This document shows positions 58,701 through 64,000 of a stretch of 64,000 nucleotides of DNA, piece by piece. A program made the position numbers and the translations under genes. The stretch is from Callorhinchus milii (lineage: Eukaryota). The stretch lies in NCBI RefSeq assembly GCF_018977255.1, contig NW_024704742.1, positions 135,720,001-135,784,000 of the forward strand, in the 5' to 3' direction. The first letter of the stretch is position 1, and every line of letters begins with the position of its first letter. The notes beneath the pieces were generated by a model. It was not told where the DNA came from and did no database searches. It saw nothing but the letters and a program-made list of their open reading frames with translations.

Positions 58701-59819
58701 TCAGAAGGTTGTGAGCTCGAACCCCTTCCCCCCCCCCCCCATCCTTGCTCCCACCCCCCGAAAGTTGGGAGTTTTGAGCTCACAGTCCAGGCTGGTGCTC
58801 CAGCGCAGTGCTGAGGGGAGCGCGGCATTCTTGGTGGTGCTGTCCTTCGGATGAGATATTAACTGGGGTCATAATCGCTCGACCGCTTTCCAGGTGTCCT
58901 GGCCGACAATCCTCGAGGTAAATCTGGGCGTCCACTTTGCGGGAGCTTCTTGGGCATACATTGGCTGCTGCGTTTGCCTACGAAATACAGAGTTACAAAC
59001 TTGATAGCAATTACCTACAAAGCACGTTGGTGAAAATTCGCCATTATCGGAGCTGTATCAGACACAAGTTCTATTATTATTGTTACCATCAAACATTATT
59101 GTTACGCCTGCTGGTTCACCAATACGACTGAATCCTGACTCAAAGCCATAGTAGGTGGGGCAGTCCCAGCTGACAGGCACTATGAAATGAAACCATTATT
59201 ATATTTAAAAGAACTTGTAGTTTTATACTGCGTTATCACCTTGAAATCTGCACTAAGCTCTGTGAGCCCATGATACCCAGCCTCGCCCAGCTCCATTGGC
59301 TCCCTATCAATTTATGATCCTCAGTTGAATGGCGGATCTCTTTCCGGGAGTAATAAACACTCAAAAAAATGTTTCACAATATATTCCGTGAAGTGGTTTG
59401 AGACGTATCAATGACGTGATGAGGCGCCATATCAAATCAAGGATTATTATAATAATTGTAGCTATTTTGCACACAGCAAGGTCTCGCAAAAAGCCAAGAG
59501 GCAAATGCCTCAATTTCCTGTTGTTGTATTAAATGAAAATACAAGTATTATCAGATGCAAGAAAATTCATTTTTTTCTCAGGAGGAATGTTAGCTCGAAT
59601 ACTGGAAGAAACTCCCTTCTCTTTTCCTGTGCTAAAACAATGGGATTGCGAGACTGCAAGAGAGAGCGATAGCGATGGGTTTGGTTGAACAAAGCCCTTC
59701 AGTCCATTTGAACTCAACTTTCCAAAACACCCAACCTCCGCCCTCCCAATACCCTGTCGGGATATTTTCTAAATGACTCCTGAACGTTGGCCTTAACCAC
59801 ACTTCCTTCTTAAAAGCTT

Positions 59820-61110
59820 CTCCTTTCGCCCCTGCACCGTCTTGTGTTGGGTTCCTCAGGGCTCTGTCCTTGGTCCTCTCCTCTTCAATATCTATATGTT
59901 CCTGCTTGGTGAAATCATCCGCAGACACGGGATCAACTTCCACATGTATGTGGATGACACCCAACTCAACCTCTCTGCCTCCACCCTTGACTCCAGGACC
60001 AATGCTGTGTTGACAGAATGTCAGACATCAAGTCCTGGATGAGAGCTAAATTTCTTCAGTTGAGCGTCAACAAGCCCGAGGCTCTCATGATTGGCTCCCA
60101 TCAGCGCCTCCTCACCTCAGGCGCTGACAGCATTACCATCCATGGTTGCACACTCCATCTTACTAAGTCAATCCAGAATCTTAGGGTCTTGTTTGACCCT
60201 CAACTATCCTTCTTACCCCTCATCTGTGCCATAACCCGCTCTGCCTTCCCCCACCTCCGCAACACTGCCCGGCTCCGCCACTGTTTTATACATGCTTTCA
60301 TTAATTGAGGCTCGACTATGCAAACTCATTGCTTGTCAGCCTCCCCAACACCTGCCTCAATAGGCTGCAGATCATCCAGAACTCTGCAGCCCGCCCCATC
60401 CTCTCCTGCTAGGCTCCACGACCCTATTACCCCCATCCTCGCCCAACTCAACTGGCTTCCCATCATACAGAGGATACACTTCAAAGCCGTCCATGGTCTT
60501 GCACCCCCCTACCATCCTGCTTGCTCCATCCGCTCAGTGGGCACCAGCCTGCTTTATATGGAGTCCTGTAGCTCAGTGGTTAGAGCACTCGCTTTGCAAG
60601 CGAGAGACCTGAGTTCAATTCCAGGCAGAGGGCGAAACCTTGGGCAAGTTTCCTTACTCCACACGCCTAATAATAATCCCTCAAAAAAAAAAACAATAAT
60701 AAATTGTTCATTTTCAATCTACGACTGTTTGTGGGACATTGCTGTACGCAATTGGCTGCCGCGTTCGCGCACAAATATACAGTCAATTCACTTTACAGTG
60801 TGTTCTGTGAAGCGCTTTGGGACGTCCTCCCGATGTGAAAGCGCTATATCAAATGCAAGGATTATTATTATATCCCCCGCTTTGCTCACCCCACTATTGG
60901 CGGACCTTCTGCCACTCTGCCCCCACACTCTGGAACTCCATCCCGCAGTCCTTCCACCTCGCCCCATCCCTTGCCTCCTTCAAGACCAATCTCAAGACCC
61001 TCCTGTTTGACTATGCTTTCAATGTCCCTGCTTACCCTCCTGCCCTCCGCCCTCCCCGACCCCCAGCTCAGGTCCGTCCTCCCGATACTAATGTAATTTT
61101 GTTGTTGTTG
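59820..61110 (+). mobile_element. L2 RT 3' half with a nested young SINE (60560-60871)
   Basis: [16 protein letters not shown]...HMYVDDTQL; the SINE is flanked by TTATAT on both sides. Confidence 0.9.
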
Positions 61111-61239
61111 TTCCTGGCAAACTCCCTAATATCTGCCCTACAATAGCTCTTCGCAACCGAAACCCATAAGTTAATCGATTGATGGTTCGCTTTTTTCGGG
61201 ATAACAATCATTTAAAAAAAAACTTCTGTTGGGAGGACT

Positions 61240-61461
61240 GTTAGGAGGACTCCGTGTTGGGAGTCCATACATGTGTGATGAGCTTGGTTAGGTCATAGCT
61301 CATCAACGATAAGAGATCCCTGAAAACAAATTTACCCATGACATTCGCTGATGCAAGACCTTTCTGGTGAGGTATAAATCATGTCTCTACATCAATCAAT
61401 TATTGCGTTATTGGCGGATAGACAGACACACAGACAGACATTTTGTCTTTATTAGTATAGA
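61240..61461 (-). mobile_element. Probable Helitron-like 5' end fragment
   Basis: Minus strand A|TCTATACTAATAAAGACAAAATGTCTGTCTG...; internal hairpins TGATGAGCT/AGCTCATCA and GGACTCC/GGAGTCC. Confidence 0.45.
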
Positions 61462-62589
61462 TAATAATCCTTGCATTTGATATAGCGTCTTATCACATCT
61501 TCAAGACATCTCAAAGCGCTTCATAGAATATACAGTAAAGAGTAGTGACTGTTTTTTGTGGACAAAATTCTTTTAAGGAATTATTACCCCTGGAAAGCGA
61601 TCCGCCAATCGACTAATGACCGGGTTCCTACTTACTGCTAGGTAAACAGGCGAGTGGAGTAACAAAAATTGCCCAATGTTTCACCCTGCCAGGAATCGAA
61701 GCCATGTCTCTCGCTTGCGAGGCGAGTGCTCTAACCACTGAGCTACAGGACTCCACTCCAATTTGGTACATTTTCTTACATCATCCACAAATTTCCAAGT
61801 ATTTCATGGGATTCACTGTAAAGTGTAGTGACTGTATTTTGTAGGTGAATACAGCAACTGAATTTACGCAAAGCAACGTTCCCTGTTACCTCCAAGACAT
61901 GAATGTCTGATTCTCTGGGAGGTTGTTGGCCAGGACAAATAGTGCTGCTGGGTTTTTAAAGTCTATCTGAACAGGCAGACAGGATCTTGGCTTAACTGCT
62001 TGTCCGAAGGATGACACCTACAACAATGCAGCACATCTCCAACACTGCACTCTCAGCCTGGATTATGAGCCCAAGGATCTTGAAATTGATCCGCTGAAAA
62101 ACATGGGCGTATGGGGAGGTTTGGGATGATGGACATGCAGATGATGGTGCATGTGAGGATGCGGGCAGCGGAGTTTTGAATGATTTGCATCTTAGTGGAG
62201 TAGCAACAACAACTTGCGCTTTTCACACAAGTAACATCTCCCAGCGCTTAACAGCAGTGTGGTTTGACGTGGAGCTGGAAAGAGAGAGGTGGTGACCGAA
62301 GGGATGGTCGAACTGTTTAGGTGTGATTTGAAGAGGAGGCAAGACAGGGTTAGAGCAGTGATTAAGGCAGGGAGTTCCAGAGATGTGGGGCTTAGTGGCT
62401 GAAGGCACAGTTGCCAATGGTGGAGCAATATGCATAAGGGACATGCAAAGGTGGTGGAGTGGGGTGTGAGCAGATCGGAGAGGTAGGGGGGGTGCTAGTC
62501 CGAGAAGCGATTTTAACTGCCTGTATTCTCACCCGTTCCATACCCCCATCGCACTATCCGATGTGAAAGACAATATTTACTTTATACCC

Positions 62590-63870
62590 AAACCCCTCCA
62601 GTCTGATTTCTGCCCTACTCACTGCAAAGACACAGCGCTTGTCAAAATCACAAATGATGTCCTCTCTCTAGGTGACCAGGGCTCCCTTTGGCTCCTTGTC
62701 CTCCTGGACCTCTCCGCTGCAGTCGACATAGTTGATCATGCCATCCTCATCCTCCTTAGTGGGAACGAACTCGCCAGATTTGAGACTTAATCCACAAATG
62801 TTTTTTCCTCCTGCCCCTACCTGGTCACTGCAGGGTACCGTACCCCAGTACGCTCCATCCTCGCCCCCCCCCCCCCCCCCACTTTTCTTATTTACATGCT
62901 CTCGGCGATGTCATCCGGGCACAAGAGGTCAATATGTATGCAGATGACACCGAAATCTACATCTCCTTCTCCAGCTGCAACTCCAGATCCGCTGATGGAG
63001 TAGTCAGCGTGTTTATAGGACACCAAGACCTGGATGAGCGAAAACTTCTGGCAACTGAATGTCGACAAGACGGCAGCTGGACTCCTTGGCTCCTGTCAAA
63101 ATCTTCTCTCCTGCGGCTCTGACTTCCTCAACCTCCCCGGGCTATCCCTCAGACTCACCAATTCTGTACGTAACCTGAGCATCAGTTTCCATCCCCGCTT
63201 TCCTTCCTACTCCATGTCCGGTCTCTGATCAGGACCACTTTCCTCCACCTCCGCCACATCGCCCGCCTCCAATCGTACCTCACACCCTAAGCAGCTTAGA
63301 CCCTCGTCCACTCTTTGCCATCCCCCGCCTTCACTATTCTTCACTATTCTAATGCGCTCCTCGCCAGTCTCTCTCGGCTCCACTATCCAAAAAAACTCAG
63401 GAAATTCAGAACTGGGCTGCCCATATACTCACTATATCAGGATCACACCAGTCCATGCCAGGCTCCACTGGCTCCCTGTCACAGAACAGATCAGCTTCAA
63501 AATCCTCACACTCACCAACAAAACCCTTCACGCCCTGACACCTCCCTACCTCTCCAACCTGCTTATTCCCCAATCCATCACACGCTGCCTCTGCTCGGCT
63601 AGGTCCAGCCTCCTGCTTGTCCCTCATCCCCTCCGCTCCATCGGCGGCCGGGCTTTCAGCCACTTCATTGCAATGCTTTGGAACTCTCACTCTATCCCTC
63701 CGCCTTGCCGCCTTCTTACCCATCTTCAGATAATGCCTGAAGAACTGCCTCTTCAAGCGTGTTTATGGTCACCTTCCTCCTCCCCCAGCTCGGCATCATG
63801 CTCCAGAACTTTCAAACCATCTGAGACGCTGCCCCACGTGAAGGCCGCCATATAAATGCCAAGTTGTTGT
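62590..63870 (+). mobile_element. Old L2 RT and 3' fragment
   Basis: TALVKITNDVL...[24 protein letters not shown] and LHWLPVTEQISFKILTL, followed by the tail. Confidence 0.9.
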
Positions 63871-64000
63871 GATGGGGGTGCGGAGCCTGGTTCGGGTGAG
63901 GACACAAGTGGCAGAGTTTCATATCATTTGGACCTTGTTTATAGTGGAGCTAGGAGACCATTAAGGAGAGTATTGGAAAAATCGAGGTGTGAGATGACGA

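Noticed and set aside
63935..64000. Next exon of the Myb-like gene after ttgtttatag
   Set aside because: The required phase-0 frame stops immediately (TGG AGC TAG).

Overview
Repeat-dense vertebrate genomic DNA. The tRNA/Deu-type SINEs with L2-derived tails and the abundant L2 and CR1 LINEs point to a cartilaginous fish, probably a chimaera such as Callorhinchus; this is an inference. Most ORFs in the supplied track are decayed LINE/SINE pieces or low-complexity repeats. Three host genes can be read by hand. (1) A + strand gene with 9 coding exons (31972-42500, all GT-AG, phases consistent, 1404 nt, 467 aa). It encodes a type II membrane protein with a DYNAP/CLLAC-like anchor fused to two complete oxalate-decarboxylase/germin-like cupin domains. 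This is the main finding. (2) C18orf54/LAS2 on the - strand (7 coding exons, 53398-45004), tail-to-tail with the first gene. (3) A + strand exon encoding a Harbinger/NAIF1-type Myb/SANT-like domain (58294-58560). Also present: a nearly full-length but disrupted CR1, a Tx1-like LINE relic, an LTR-like element with a partial second copy, a Penelope-type hairpin with a decayed hammerhead core, a probable Helitron 5' end, an inverted duplication of a SINE dimer, and a small putative bidirectional promoter between two satellites. Homology calls rest on recalled family motifs; no searches were run. Repeat boundaries are approximate.
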